DNA of 63,762 nt, filler included, from Hyphochytrium catenoides (lineage: Eukaryota; Protista; Hyphochytriomycota): NCBI GenBank assembly GCA_900088475.1. It is 6 parts of 6 records of this genome, joined end to end, with 100 filler letters (N's around TTAATTAATTAA, not from the genome) between each part and the next. Parts side by side here need not be neighbours in the genome. Positions count along the whole stretch, not along the records: positions 1 to 17,083 come from FLMG01000170.1; 5 more parts are not named here. One strand, given 5' to 3'. Under the pieces are notes generated by a model. It worked only from the letters and a program-made list of their open reading frames with translations. It was not told the origin of the DNA and made no database searches. How positions within the stretch are numbered: position 1 is the first letter of the stretch; the number at the start of each line of letters is the position of its first letter. This document shows, piece after piece, positions 1-11,769 of this stretch. The translations under genes were made by a program, and so were the position numbers.

Positions 1-82
1 TCCTCTCGCTGTTCAGTTCTCTGTCTCTCCCTCTCATTCTTGTTATCCTTTATTGCTTTACTTTCGAGGCAGTTTCCCTCTT

Positions 83-119
<37 letters not shown>

Positions 120-207
120 TTCTTCTTTTTCTCTCTCTCTGGTTTAGGCTCTCTTGCTTCTCCCTCGCATGCCTCGTACTAATATCCTTTATTGCCTTAC
201 TTTCCAG

Positions 208-1900
208 GCTATGGCGATGCGCTGCAAGCCGGGAATCTCTCTGATTATCTAGCAGTCACGACTCAAGGAGAGATTGGGGACTATGCCCACTGCAGAGCAG
301 ATGTAAGAAGCTGGGAGAGAAGAGCGTGAGAGAGAGAGAGAGAAAGAAGACAATCACTAAAAGGCTAAAGAGAGAATGAAGGAGACAGAGGGAAGAGAGA
401 AAGAGGCACTGCTTTATATTCTTGGAACCGAAAGATAGTTTAGGACATGAGAAGAAAGACTCCAACCACTCACTTATTCTCTCTTTTTTCTCTCTCTTCT
501 CTCTCTTTCTTTTCTGTCTTTTGCTGTCTTGCCTCTTCCTATCTCTTCTCCCTGTGTCCTCTCCTTCCCTCGTCTATTTTCCTCTCTCGAAATTTCTCTT
601 TGATTGTTCTTCTTCCTCTCCCTGCATACTCTCTTTTTCTCTCTCTGCGATTCTTGTCTCTCTCTCTGCAATTCTTGACTCTCTCTTTGCGATCCATGTC
701 TTTCTCTCTGTGTTCTCTCTCTCTCTCTCTCTGTGATGTCCCTCTCTGTCTCTCCCTCTCTCCCCTTCTCTCTCTCTGTGGAATGCTTGGTATAGCCGTC
801 TGACTACCAGGACTCCTTCAAGAGCTTCCCCTCTGGACATAGCAGCACGGCCTTCAACGGCCTGCTCTACTTCTGTCTCTTTCTCTGGTTCGGGGTGCGG
901 ACAAGGAATAAGGCAAGCAGCCTTCTCTTCCCACTACTTGTTGCACTTCGGCTTCTCTCCTTGTTTCCCCTCTCTCTCTCTCTCTCTCTCTGTCTCTCTG
1001 CTTCTTCGCTCTCTCTCTCTCCCTCTCTCTCTCTCTTTCTTTCTTTCTTTTTCTCTCTTTTTCTCTCTTTTTCTTCCTCTTTCTCTTCNNNNNNNNNNNN
1101 NNNNNNNNNNNNNNNNNNNNNNNNNNNNNNNNNNNNNNNNNNNNNNNNNNNNNNNNNNNNNNNNNNNNNNNNNNNNNNNNNNNNNNNNNNNNNNNNNNNN
1201 NNNNNNNNNTGTCTCTCTGCTTCTTCTCTCTCTCTCTCCCTCTCTCTCTCTCTTTCTTTCTTTTTCTCTCTTTTTTTTTCCTCTTTCTCTTTCTCTCTCT
1301 CTCTCTCTCTTTCTCATACACACTTTGAATTGCTCTCTCATTCTTTCTTTCTCTCCTTTGCCTTTATTTGTTTCTCTTCCTCAGGTGTCTACATCCCGCC
1401 TCAGCAGCTAACCTTCTTACCTCTCGCAGATCACTGTCTTATCTCTCACTCTACCAGCACTCGTGTTGGCCGGCTACATCGCCGTCAGCCGCGTGAAAGA
1501 CTTCCATCACTCGTCAGCTGATATCGTGGCCGGCAGCGCGCTGGGATCTATGTAAGCCTCTCTCTCTTCTGCTCTATAGGATCTCTTCTCCTGGATATGG
1601 TCTCTTTTCTCTCCCGCCGCCCCTGTCTCTTACCGCTTTTTTTCTCTCCTCTTTCTCTGTCCTTTATGCCTGCTTTTCGTCCTACTCTCTCTCTCTCTCT
1701 CTCTCTCTAGTTACAACGCTCTCTTTTGCTTCCGCTGTCTTGCTCTTTCTCTCTCTTACTCCTCTCTCGCTAATTTTCTCCCTCAATCCTCGAAACCTAG
1801 TGTCGCGCTGATCGTCTTCAGCGTCACCTTCCTGCCCTGGAGCTTGAGAGAGCGCCAGCGTGGCAAGCGTGAGATGGAGCTCGAGCGTGGAGAACTTTGA
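208..1900 (+). CDS. PAP2 / lipid phosphate phosphatase (PLPP/DPP1-like), 3' part, spliced
   Basis: Exon 811-912 reads DSFKSFPSGHSSTAFNGLLYFCLFLW (C2 motif PSGH). Exon 1430-1551 reads LAGYIAVSRVKDFHHSSADIVAGSALG (C3 motif SRxxxxxHxxxD). Last exon 1801-1900 ends in TGA. A probable upstream exon lies at about 208-302. The 5' end is outside the window. Confidence 0.9.
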
Positions 1901-2718
1901 AGGCGGCAATATCTTGGCCAAGGAGCTTCCTCGAGCTCAGTGCTTGCAATTAATATTTTGTGCAGCCGCGACGAGATAGCGAGAGAGGAAGAGGAAAGAG
2001 AGAGAGAGAGAGAGAGAGAAGCGGGGCCCGGGTTCAAAGGCAGTTCTCTCGTGTTAGTGTTCCCAATTTTGATAAATATATGGATCGGGAGACTCCAGAT
2101 CTCAGAAGATTCTTACTGCTCATGTTGGTCCACTAGCTCTAAAGCACTCGTGGAGAGTGCGTGGCAAAACTTTCTGTTTCTCTCTTTTCTCTCTCTCGTT
2201 CTCTTATTTTTCCTCTTTCTTTCCTTTCTCTCGCTCGCTCTCTCGTCTTCTCTCCTCCGTGTGTCTCTTGTCTGTCCCTCTCGTGTCTTCACTGGTGCCT
2301 CCTCTTTCCAACCTTCTTTTTCTCTCCGTTCTTTGTCTTAACCACTCCTAGCTTTGAGCTCCAGGCTGGGGGCTGATTCTCTTTCTCCTCGCTGCCTTGG
2401 AGGAGCTGAAGTGGAATTCTGAGGTCACGAAGTTTTAGAGTCTTGCAAAAGAGAAGAGAGCACTCTCTGTCTCCCCTCTAAGAAAGAGAGGCAATCTCTT
2501 CTAATTTCTTCCATCGTCGCGGGCACTAGGAATTCCCTCCTCTGTCCTTCCTTCTTCTTAACAATCGTCTTCATTTTCTCTGAATCTGAGCAAAAAAGAG
2601 AGAGAAGAGAGCACTCTCTGTCTAGGGGAAGAAAGACGCTCTCTCCTCCTCTCTCTCATCGTCGCAGGCACAAAGCATCTTCTCCCCTGCACTGCTACTT
2701 CTTCCCTCTCTCTCTCTC

Positions 2719-4536
2719 TCAGTATAAATCGTATCCCTCCGTTGACTCTGCATCCTCTCCTTGCGAGCTACCTTCAGCGTCTAGATCCTCCACGGCCTCG
2801 TAGGTTCTCCGACTGAGAACAAGCTGGCGCTGTAAGTCCTGCCATTGAGAGACAGTAAGGTCCGCATAGAAGCTCTTTTCCGCGTTAAGAAGATCGTGCT
2901 CAAGAGACAAGCGTCGCCTATGCTCAAGAGCTTGAGAGAGACTAAGCCCCTCTCCCGGAAGAAAGCTTAAGATCTTCAGCAGCAGCTCCACAGGCCACCG
3001 ATTGGAGGTTCTCATGGTTATCTTCTCGAGCAGAGCCAGCATCTGAAATGTCCGCACTTCCTTTTGTTGAAAGGGCAGTTCCTTGGTGGAGAGAAGAGGA
3101 TGGTCAGGACAGACCAGAAGGAAGGTAAGAAGCCTCACTCCCTTCTTCTCCAGCTGTTCTAGCCGTTCTGCCTGCACGTGGTCTGAAGGCTGAACCTTGT
3201 ACTGAAGATTATTGGCGAAGGCTAGAAGCCGGCCTTCTTTGATCGTCAACGGAGGAGAGGGACGAGAACTTCCGATCACTCTTCCCTGGTTATCCCTACA
3301 ATAGGGAAAGATTCTATCTGCAAACTCCGCATTGTTGGCAGCGGAGCGACAATCTGGGACGAGAGTGTAGCTCTCAAAGTCTTCTATTTGCCGCAGATGG
3401 ACCAGCCCTGACCCCAAAGACGGATCTACGGTGTAGAAGCACAGCCCCACTGCCACGATATCCTCAAGAGGAGAGCCCTCTGATTGCCACTGCTCTTCCT
3501 CAGAGGCCAGCCAGCCTCTTGTTCCTGACTTATAAACGTAATCTCTGCATCGAACGATGACCTGCAGCTCTCGCTCTCTTAAAGAGCGCTCACAGCAGCG
3601 CTCAAAAAGCGGCACAAAGAGAGCAAAGAGATCCGAGACTGCAGGGTAAAGCTCAGGAAAGAGTTCGCGTGGTGCACTGCTGATATCTGACCGGATCTCC
3701 GTCTCTCCCTCTGCTGACACCCAGAAAACGGAGGGAAGCGTTTGATATCGACAGTCCTTCCTCTGCACCCTTCTTGATCTGCCCGCTGACCAGCGCTGGT
3801 GCTCCATCTCTCGGTCCTCCGCAGTGCTAATACCGCGGACATACGGGTAGAGGGAGGGGTCCACGATGTCCATCACACCGTTTTCTCGCTGCCTCGCATT
3901 GGGATCGCCTTTATTGAGAACTAGCTGCCTCAGAGCGGGGCTGTAGCTCTCTCGGACTTGATCTACTCCGGCTCTAAAGCCGCTAAGCAGCGCCTGTGGC
4001 ACCGCCTCATCCACAAAGAAGATCTTCGACTGGTTAGGCACTTCATATCTCTCCTTAATTGATCGCACAGGAAGTGTCTCCAGTGGCAGATGCCCAGCAA
4101 AAGAGGAGGGAGAGTAAGTATAATCATGGCCATATGAGGGGAACAGAAGGACCTCAAAAGCCTTTTCTTCGATATCTTCACAGCCACCCAAGGCTATGTG
4201 TTCCTCGCTCTCTGTCTTCTTCTCGTTTACTTTCCATTGCTGCTCTTCTCTTCGTCCCTTTGCAAGGTTCTTCTCACTGCGGCGGCTTAATTCTGCCTTT
4301 TCTAGATCCATAAGCTCCTCTTCCCACGGAGGCTTGATGGTGTTGAGCCTGTAAGGTGACTGGATGAGCACATCAACTGGTCCCTCGATGCTGACTCCGG
4401 CATGGATATAACGGTGCGCGTCTGAGGGTATTGCGTAGAAGTTGGAAGGAGGAGAAGACATAGGCGGAGGTTCCGCTGACTCAGTCCTGCTCTTCTTCGA
4501 CTCCTTCTGGCCTCGTTCTACCAAAGGCGAGACCAT
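2719..4536 (-). CDS. DUF4246-family (2OG-Fe(II) oxygenase-like fold) protein, intronless, degenerate metal site
   Basis: Family-like motifs occur in order: DIVDPSLYPYV, YQTLPSVF, LQVIVR, WQSEG..EDIVAVGLCFY, EGRLLAFANNLQYKVQP, LLTFLLVCPDHPLLST, WPVELLLKILSFLP. Family call is from remembered motifs. Confidence 0.75.
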   Translation of the reverse strand: MVSPLVERGQKESKKSRTESAEPPPMSSPPSNFYAIPSDAHRYIHAGVSIEGPVDVLIQSPYRLNTIKPPWEEELMDLEKAELSRRSEKNLAKGRREEQQWKVNEKKTESEEHIALGGCEDIEEKAFEVLLFPSYGHDYTYSPSSFAGHLPLETLPVRSIKERYEVPNQSKIFFVDEAVPQALLSGFRAGVDQVRESYSPALRQLVLNKGDPNARQRENGVMDIVDPSLYPYVRGISTAEDREMEHQRWSAGRSRRVQRKDCRYQTLPSVFWVSAEGETEIRSDISSAPRELFPELYPAVSDLFALFVPLFERCCERSLRERELQVIVRCRDYVYKSGTRGWLASEEEQWQSEGSPLEDIVAVGLCFYTVDPSLGSGLVHLRQIEDFESYTLVPDCRSAANNAEFADRIFPYCRDNQGRVIGSSRPSPPLTIKEGRLLAFANNLQYKVQPSDHVQAERLEQLEKKGVRLLTFLLVCPDHPLLSTKELPFQQKEVRTFQMLALLEKITMRTSNRWPVELLLKILSFLPGEGLSLSQALEHRRRLSLEHDLLNAEKSFYADLTVSQWQDLQRQLVLSRRTYEAVEDLDAEGSSQGEDAESTEGYDLY

Positions 4537-4925
4537 CGCACATTAGACAAAAACGTGGTGAAAGACCCGAGCACGAGGAGACAGAGAGAGAGACATAGAG
4601 AAAGACAAAGAGAGAGGAGAGAAAAGAGAGGCAAGGGAGAGAGAGACAAGGAAGAGAGAAAAACAAGGGAAAGAGACAAGGGAGAGAGAGACGGAAGAGA
4701 GAGAAAGGAGAAGAGAGAAAGAGCAAGCCAATAGCGATGTGAGAGGTGAGCTTGCAATGTAACTTGTAAACAAGTTGTTTGGGATTCTCCCTCCTTTTAA
4801 CTCTCTGATTTCTCTTCTCATGCGGCTCTCTTCTCGGTCTCGCTCTAGCTCCCTCTCTTCTTCTGGCTCTCGTTCTCTCCTTGTCTCTGTTTGTCTCAAC
4901 TCCCTCTGTCTGTCTGTCTCTCTTT

Positions 4926-7900
4926 CTACTTGGTACCCTGACGTGTCCATTGTCTCGTCTTACCATGAGTCTGACGCTTCTGGTCTCTTTTTTGGGCAAC
5001 TGTACGCGAAGGAATGAAGATCAGCCGCCCATTCTTCGTGAGGAAGAAGGTTTTCAGCGCCGTATTGAAGCCGACACCAACAGTGTCTCCTTCTGAAAAG
5101 GCGGCCGTGGGAGGGAGAGCGGGAGGAGCCTCCGCAGAGCCCTCAGGAGCCGTAGAGATCTGTATCTTGCCGCTACTGCTCCTCCATTAGAGCCGTGAGA
5201 ATGAGAAGGCCGATGAGAGCACCGTCGTCATAGATGATGATACACCGATGCAAAAGAAATGTGCACATTGAGAGGAAAAATCGCTTTGATGAGTTGATAT
5301 ATTCAAGAGGCCGACAAATGAAGATGGGAGAAGAGACATAGAGCGTTGAGGAAGAGAAGGATCAACTCTGAGATAGGTGGGGTCGCTTGCAAGGAGAGCA
5401 GAGCCATCCCAGAGCCGATAATGGACTTTAGCTGGAGCAGTGAGACAAAGACTGACAGACCTTAGATAGAGAGAGAAAGAGAGAGAGAAGGTGGGAGGAC
5501 ATGAACCCTATGAAGACGGCGCATAAGTGGTAGTTTGAGGTTTATGCGTGAGGTGCTTCTCTTTAGAGCGAGAGAGAAAGATGCATTTGCATGTTGACAA
5601 AGGAAGAGATGGTGTGTGAAAGGTAAAGCCAGTATGAGTGAAGTTGACGGCAAGAAAGAGAAAGAAGAAAGACGAGGGAGCAAAGGAAGGAGAGCAACTG
5701 ACCTAAGATAGCCGACGCTGGTTCTCTCTTCTTCATATCTCTCTCCCCATAGTAAGCTCTTGTCTCGTGTTGCCGATGAAGCGTCTCCCACATGTTTGTC
5801 CTCTGGATGGTCGGGCTCTACGAGGCCCACAGAGACAAGCCAAGGAGTATCATCTTTGGGGACAGAGAGTATGGAGACCTCGAAGTAGCAAGTCCTGACA
5901 TAGCTCAAAGGATTTTTGCCGTTGCCGTCGTCCTGCCAGAAATAATCCTCTGCTATGTAGCCATACCAGCACCTGTTCGCCATTGTGCCCCTAGACAAGA
6001 AAGAGAGAACGTGCTGGGGATTTGGAACATTACTCCGGGTTGCAAGCAGCCACAGCTCTTTCTCTATTCTCTGAAAAGGCTGGGCAATTTGGGATACCGC
6101 CATGCTTCTCTCATTTGTAGACGTCCTCTGTCTTTTAAGACGCTTCTGGTCTCTGTCTGTCTCTTTGGGGATCAGCAGCTTGAGGTTCGTCGGCGCTCTG
6201 TGATACAGTGCAAACCTGATCCAATCGGAACGGTCATAGAGGAGAATCGGATCTTCTCTTGAAGGAGGAAGCCGCATCTCTTTCTCTATCCGCTGCTGCG
6301 CTAGCCGTATCATCTTTCTCTCCCATCGCTTTCCTGCGGAAGGAGGGCGCGCACCCAGAGGCGAGAGAAAAGGCCAGGCGTAAGAAAGGTGAATGTTTGA
6401 GAGGGGTTGTGGTAGGAAAGAAGAGCCAATTCAAGAGCAAGATGTGTGGGCAATGATGAAGAGAGGACATGCTAGCGGTCAGTTGATATATTTGCCTTAC
6501 CTGTCACACTTTCTCCGCCTGGGCACGGTAGCGGCTTCTGAGCAGTCCAGGCCAAATCTTTCCACTCCTGAGACTCCATCCCAGAAAGAGACGCCCAGGC
6601 AAGCTCTGGGTCCACTTCCCGCATCCCCACTGCCTCTACATAGGCCATCGCAGCAGCTGCCGGATTGGGCTTTGCTCTTTCGTTGACTTCTTGGAGCCAT
6701 GTTTTGAAGGCGAGGTTGCCTGCCGCGATAGCATCCTCTTCTCTTCCCCGCTTCCCATCACCTCTCTTCCACTTCGAAACGAGCTCGAGTCGAGGGGACT
6801 GGGAAGTTTCCATCGTCTCCTGATAGTTAATCCTCTTGTTACAGCGCGATAAGGCCTCTTCCACTGCCCAATCAAGCAGCTCTGCCTTCATACCATTAGG
6901 AGAGAGGTCCCAAGCCACAAGTGGCCTTCGACTCTCCTTCAGTAGGCATCTCAATGATATGAGATCGACCCTGGGTCCAAACGCGGCAGCATCAGATTCA
7001 AGCCAATGAATCCACGCCTCGCAGCCTTCTTTAGAAGCCAACAGGTTGCGGAAGGGCCGTCCTTCAACTAACCTCCTGGGCAACACGTCCCCCAGAGACG
7101 AAAGATGCAGCATAATGCAGCCGATCAAGGTGAAAGCGCTCTTATCCCAACCGTCTGGGCTTTCAATGTCTACCTCTGCCAAGCTATCTAACATCTGGTC
7201 GAAGAGAGCAATGGCTGTCGGCATCAGCTGACCCTCCTCTGCCTTCTCAAGGTCAAAAGCTGGATGTCGTATAATAGTCAATAGATTCCTTAGATGCTCC
7301 TCAGGAACTTCCGGTACCCCACCATCCAGAATCGTGAAGATATAGGCCTGGATCTCTCTATAAAGCGTTGGAAGCAGAGGAGGCCTGAGCTGCAGGAGAC
7401 ATGTGATGGCGTCGATCTTTCCACTCTTGACCAGACAGTCAACTGTCTGCAGAAGTGGCCATTGCACAGCTTGAGAATCCCCTGTCTCTCTTCCTCTTCT
7501 GTGTTCTCTCTCTCTCTCTCTCTCTCGTTGAGTAGAGGCAGCACGGAGAAGAATCTCAGTGATGGGATCATCCTCAATAGGGTGGTAAGGGAAGACGGAC
7601 TGGAAGTGGATGTGCGAGATGATCTCTCGTAAGTCGTCATGCCATTTCACATATGGTTGCGCCTCCAGCTCTCGCAACGCTTGAAGACAGACAGTCGACA
7701 AGATAGGCTTAAGCTCTTCAGAGATCAGAGGAGGAGGCAGTCCATCTTCCTCTACATCCGGCGAGCTCGGACTTTCTTCATCTCTGTCCGCTTCTTCATC
7801 AGCACTTTGATCTCTGTCGACCAGCCCTCTCTTCACGTCTTTCTCCTTCAGGTCTCTCTCTCTCGCTCTCTCTGCTTGATGGTCATTCACAACCTGAAGG

Positions 7901-10038
7901 AGCCCTCGAAGAGCTTCTTCCTGCTCAAGAACGCCTTCCAACACCTTCCACATGCCATAGCGGCAACCCGTAAGATAAGAATGATAGGGATTTTTCCTCT
8001 TTTTCTGGTCTTGCCAGCACATATCTAAGGCCATCAGGGTACAAAGACCTAAATGGTTCCCTATACGGAGCATCTTGAGGAGCCTTTGGCGCAAAGGAAA
8101 ACCTGATGAGCCTCGGTCCTGTGTATCACTGCCCAGGTTATAGGCAGTGAGAACCATGGGATTGGGATTGCAGCGAGTGGAAGACTCCCTGTCATCAAAT
8201 GCTGCAGGCTCCACACAGGGAGAGACGCGCTGACCATGGTCAGGATGAGAAGGAATCTTAAGGACCATTGTCATTAAATCGCTCCTATGGTCGAAGAGAA
8301 CAGAGGCCATTGTCTCGATGGAGTAGGCTACCTCTTGGTCGAACTCTGGTTTTTCTTGTTCTCCCCACCAACAGCGATAGAGGTCAAATACTTCTTGGAC
8401 GGAGGCCGGAAAGGCTTTCTCTCTCCCACTATGGACTCCATCTCCGCAAATGAGCCTGATCGTCTTTCCTACCAGCCGTTCATAAGTCATCAGCTTTTCC
8501 TCTCCTTGTCGTATACATCCCACGACAAAGTTGGTAGCGAAAGGCCTGAGCCTCTCAGAGAGGATTTTTCTGGCCTTGTTGAGCGTCGTAAACACGATGT
8601 CCACACAAGGACTCTGCGCTGCCATTTCTTCGTAGACAAGAGAGGATTGACTGGCGCGGAAGAGGTCATAGTGAAAGCTAGAAATCACTCTTGTTATCTC
8701 TGGATGTGGGCTTTGCTGCAGGTAGAGTTTCCTCCAGAACGAGCAGAAGACCATCGCCACCAACTCCGTCCAAGCTCTCCTTTTTCTCTTTCTCTCATCC
8801 ATAAAGTGCTTGCAGAAGAAAGAGCTAAACATAGGTGACAAGCTGAAGAGAAACTCCGTGGTTGACTCGCTATCGGTCACACCCTCAGTGCTGACTGTCA
8901 GTGCCTGCAATTCTTTCGGAGAAAGGCGCAAAAGCCTCATCCACACCGCGAGCAGCCCCTCATCTTCCTCTCCTCGCGCTGTTTCTTCTCGCAGACGGAG
9001 TAGACTGTCTGGGAGTCTTTTCTTATATTTCTCTGAGCTTAGGTCCTGCCAGCGTTCGACTGTTTGAAAAAGCAGCATCCGCGTGCAGAGCAGCGTCAGT
9101 CCAAGTTCCGAGAGAAGAAGACGACAGCCATCCTCGGCCACGCTGTGTGTCTCTCTCTTTGCTTCCTCCACCTGCTGCAAGGCAGATGCAACAGCGTATC
9201 CTGCCTGCCGGACTGTACAGAGAGAGATTCTGGGCAGAGGGATCTGCACTGTCCTTTCTGAACCTGATCTTGAGACGTGTCTTTGCCCTGAGACTCGAAG
9301 TAGATGGTTCAGACGCTGGAGGATCTCAGAGTCATAGAGAAAGTCTCTGAACCACTGCAGGCGCCATTCTTCTTTCTCTCTCTCTTCCTTGGATCCTGTC
9401 TCTTCTCTCTCCTCTTTGTTCTCTCGCTTAGTGTGCTCTCCGCCGTGGTTGAAGAGAAATGAGAAGACTGAATTGACAGGGAAGCTGTCTTTCTCACTCT
9501 CTCTCTCTTCTTCATCCCTCTCTCTCTCGCTGGTCTCACTCTCTCTGTCGCTCTTTCTCTCTCTGCCTTCGTTCAGGACTTTGAGCTCCTCCGGCGGGAC
9601 ATACGGCCGCACGTCTAAGATCAGGCTGGAGACGTTCCAGATCATTTGCTCGATTAACTGGAAGTCTGCGTCTACCTCTGAAGAGTCCTCCATCTCGTCA
9701 GGGTCCCAGCGGAGCTTCTGAAGCTGAAGAGTGAAGCGCAAGAGCGCGCTAAATGCTTCTGAGCGGCTGAGAGGCGTGAAGTCCTCTCCTTCGGCGGCTT
9801 CTTCTCTTCTCTCTCTCTTCTCTCTCGACTGGGGCTCCACTCTCTCGCCCTTGGGCTTCGACGCAGAGAAGGATGCCCACCAGTTGTTCTCTCTCTCGTC
9901 TTGCGGGAAATAGCGTTCATCCCAGGGACAATCTTCCAGCTTCAGCATGGGCAGACGGGGGAGAGTGTAATAGTAGCCGCCCTGCCCTGGAGGCAGAGGC
10001 GGTGCCTCTCTTTCTCTCTCCTCCCGCCGCGCCGCCAT
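4926..10038 (-). CDS. Large (~1560 aa) helical protein with C-terminal SPRY domain; three exons
   Basis: The 1188-aa ORF has a GTAAGG donor at about 6500 that splices in phase to CCGCAG|GA-AAG at about 6334, giving ...GKRWERKMIRLAQQ...CYFEVSIL...VSVGLV...SVGYL. A second intron (about 5702-5176) joins SSGKIQ...FSEGDTVGVGFN...FFLTKNG, the classic SPRY strands. Stop TAG at 4926. Confidence 0.75.
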
Positions 10039-10401
10039 CTCTTTTAAGCTTCACACACTCTCTCTCTCTCTCTCTCTTTCCCCCAGTCTCTACAGAGCTT
10101 CGGCCCTCAATGCGTTCATCGTGGTGGCGCAGAGTCCGCTGGCCTGAGAAAAGAAGGGCTTTGAGTGTGAGAAAGTAGAGAGGAAACAGAGGGAGAAGAA
10201 GATTTTACGAGGAGACACGATGTGTGTGAGACAACAAAGCAGACGAAAAGCAGAAAGAGAAGTGAGGGCCAATAAGAGAGAGGAAGAGAAGAAAGAGGGG
10301 CAAGAGAGAGAGAAAGAGAAGAGGGGGAGGGAGAGAGAGAAAGAGGGAGAGAGAGAGAAGAGCAGAGAGAGAGAGAGAAAGAGAGAGGCGGAGAGAGAAA
10401 G

Positions 10402-10439
<38 letters not shown>

Positions 10440-10556
10440 TGAGAGAGCGAGAGATTGAGAGAGGCATGGTTCTTTATGGCTAACACTCGGCGTTAACGGA
10501 TTGTTTTGGCGGGCACTTCATCAGTTAGGAGCGCTGGTAGAAGTCTTCAATAAACA

Positions 10557-10625
<69 letters not shown>

Positions 10626-10961
10626 GCTTTGCGCCTTCTCTCCTTGCTTCATTCTCTCCTGATACAAACCTTTCTTCCCTATCGTCTTTTCCTCGCTTCT
10701 TCACGATGATAGATAGATAGATATGGGGAGAGAGAGAGAGAGAGAGAAGGGAGAGAGTGGAGCGCAACAGCGTCTTCCGAGGCACTTTGAAAACGCTAAC
10801 TTTTCTCTCTCTCTGCCTTCGTCTTTCCCAGCCTTTCCACGCAATACTCAGATCCTCAGGCAGGCTTCTAATGGACAGCTAACAGAGTCCAAACGGCACA
10901 CCCTATCTCTCTCTCTCTCTCTCTCTATTTGCTTCTCTCCCTTTAGTAGCTCAGACACTCC

Positions 10962-11716
10962 CTAAGGCCCATGCTGCCCCCAATGTCCTCCTCCACCCTG
11001 AGGCGGCCGAGGCATTCCGTATGGGCTTTGATAGGGCTGCGCCATCGCAGGAGGAGGCGGCGGCGGCGCATGTGCGGTGGAGGCATAAGGAGCGGCAGGG
11101 ATGTAGGAGGGCGCAGGGGCGTAGGGAGAGGCAGACGCCGGAGCGCCAAAGAGAGGCTGATAAGGAGCTTGTCCGTAAGGTCCACCGCCTGTCCCATAAG
11201 TTGGAGGCGCTCCGTAGGGCGCAGGTGAGGCATAGGCGGTAGCAGGAGAAGGAGAAGAATGAGAAGAGAGGCCCATCCCTGCTGCCATTCGCCGAGCTAA
11301 CTCTTCATCTGCGCTTTGCTGTGTGGAACGAAGAAGCTCCATTTCTCTCTCGCTTCTCTCTAGAGTTCTCGCCGAGCAATGGTCCGTCACCGTCTGACGC
11401 AAGGTTGAGATCCTGCTGAGTAAGTCAGAGTAAAAGTTCTTTCCTTCAAGAACGTGAGTGTCTAACTCTTCGTAGAGCGCAGAGAGAGACGAGTAGCGCG
11501 ATATCAAGCTCTCTCTCTCTCTGGAAATAGGATCGTTTGCTCTCTGCGCCTACAGGGACATGAGACAAGAGCTTGCTTAGTGCTTCATCGTACTTGGCCA
11601 TGTATATGATGAGAGAGAGCAAAGAAAAAGGATAAGAGAAGCGCAAGCACAAAAAAGACACACAGACAGAGCGAGTGAGACATAGAGACACAAAGAGAGA
11701 GACAAAGAGAGAGACA

Positions 11717-11769
<53 letters not shown>

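Noticed and set aside
53-1521. Numerous SLSLSL/ERERER ORFs here and across 43200-59200
   Set aside because: AG/CT repeats lack stop codons. Most of these ORFs lie in introns or intergenic DNA, and many start at GTG or TTG.
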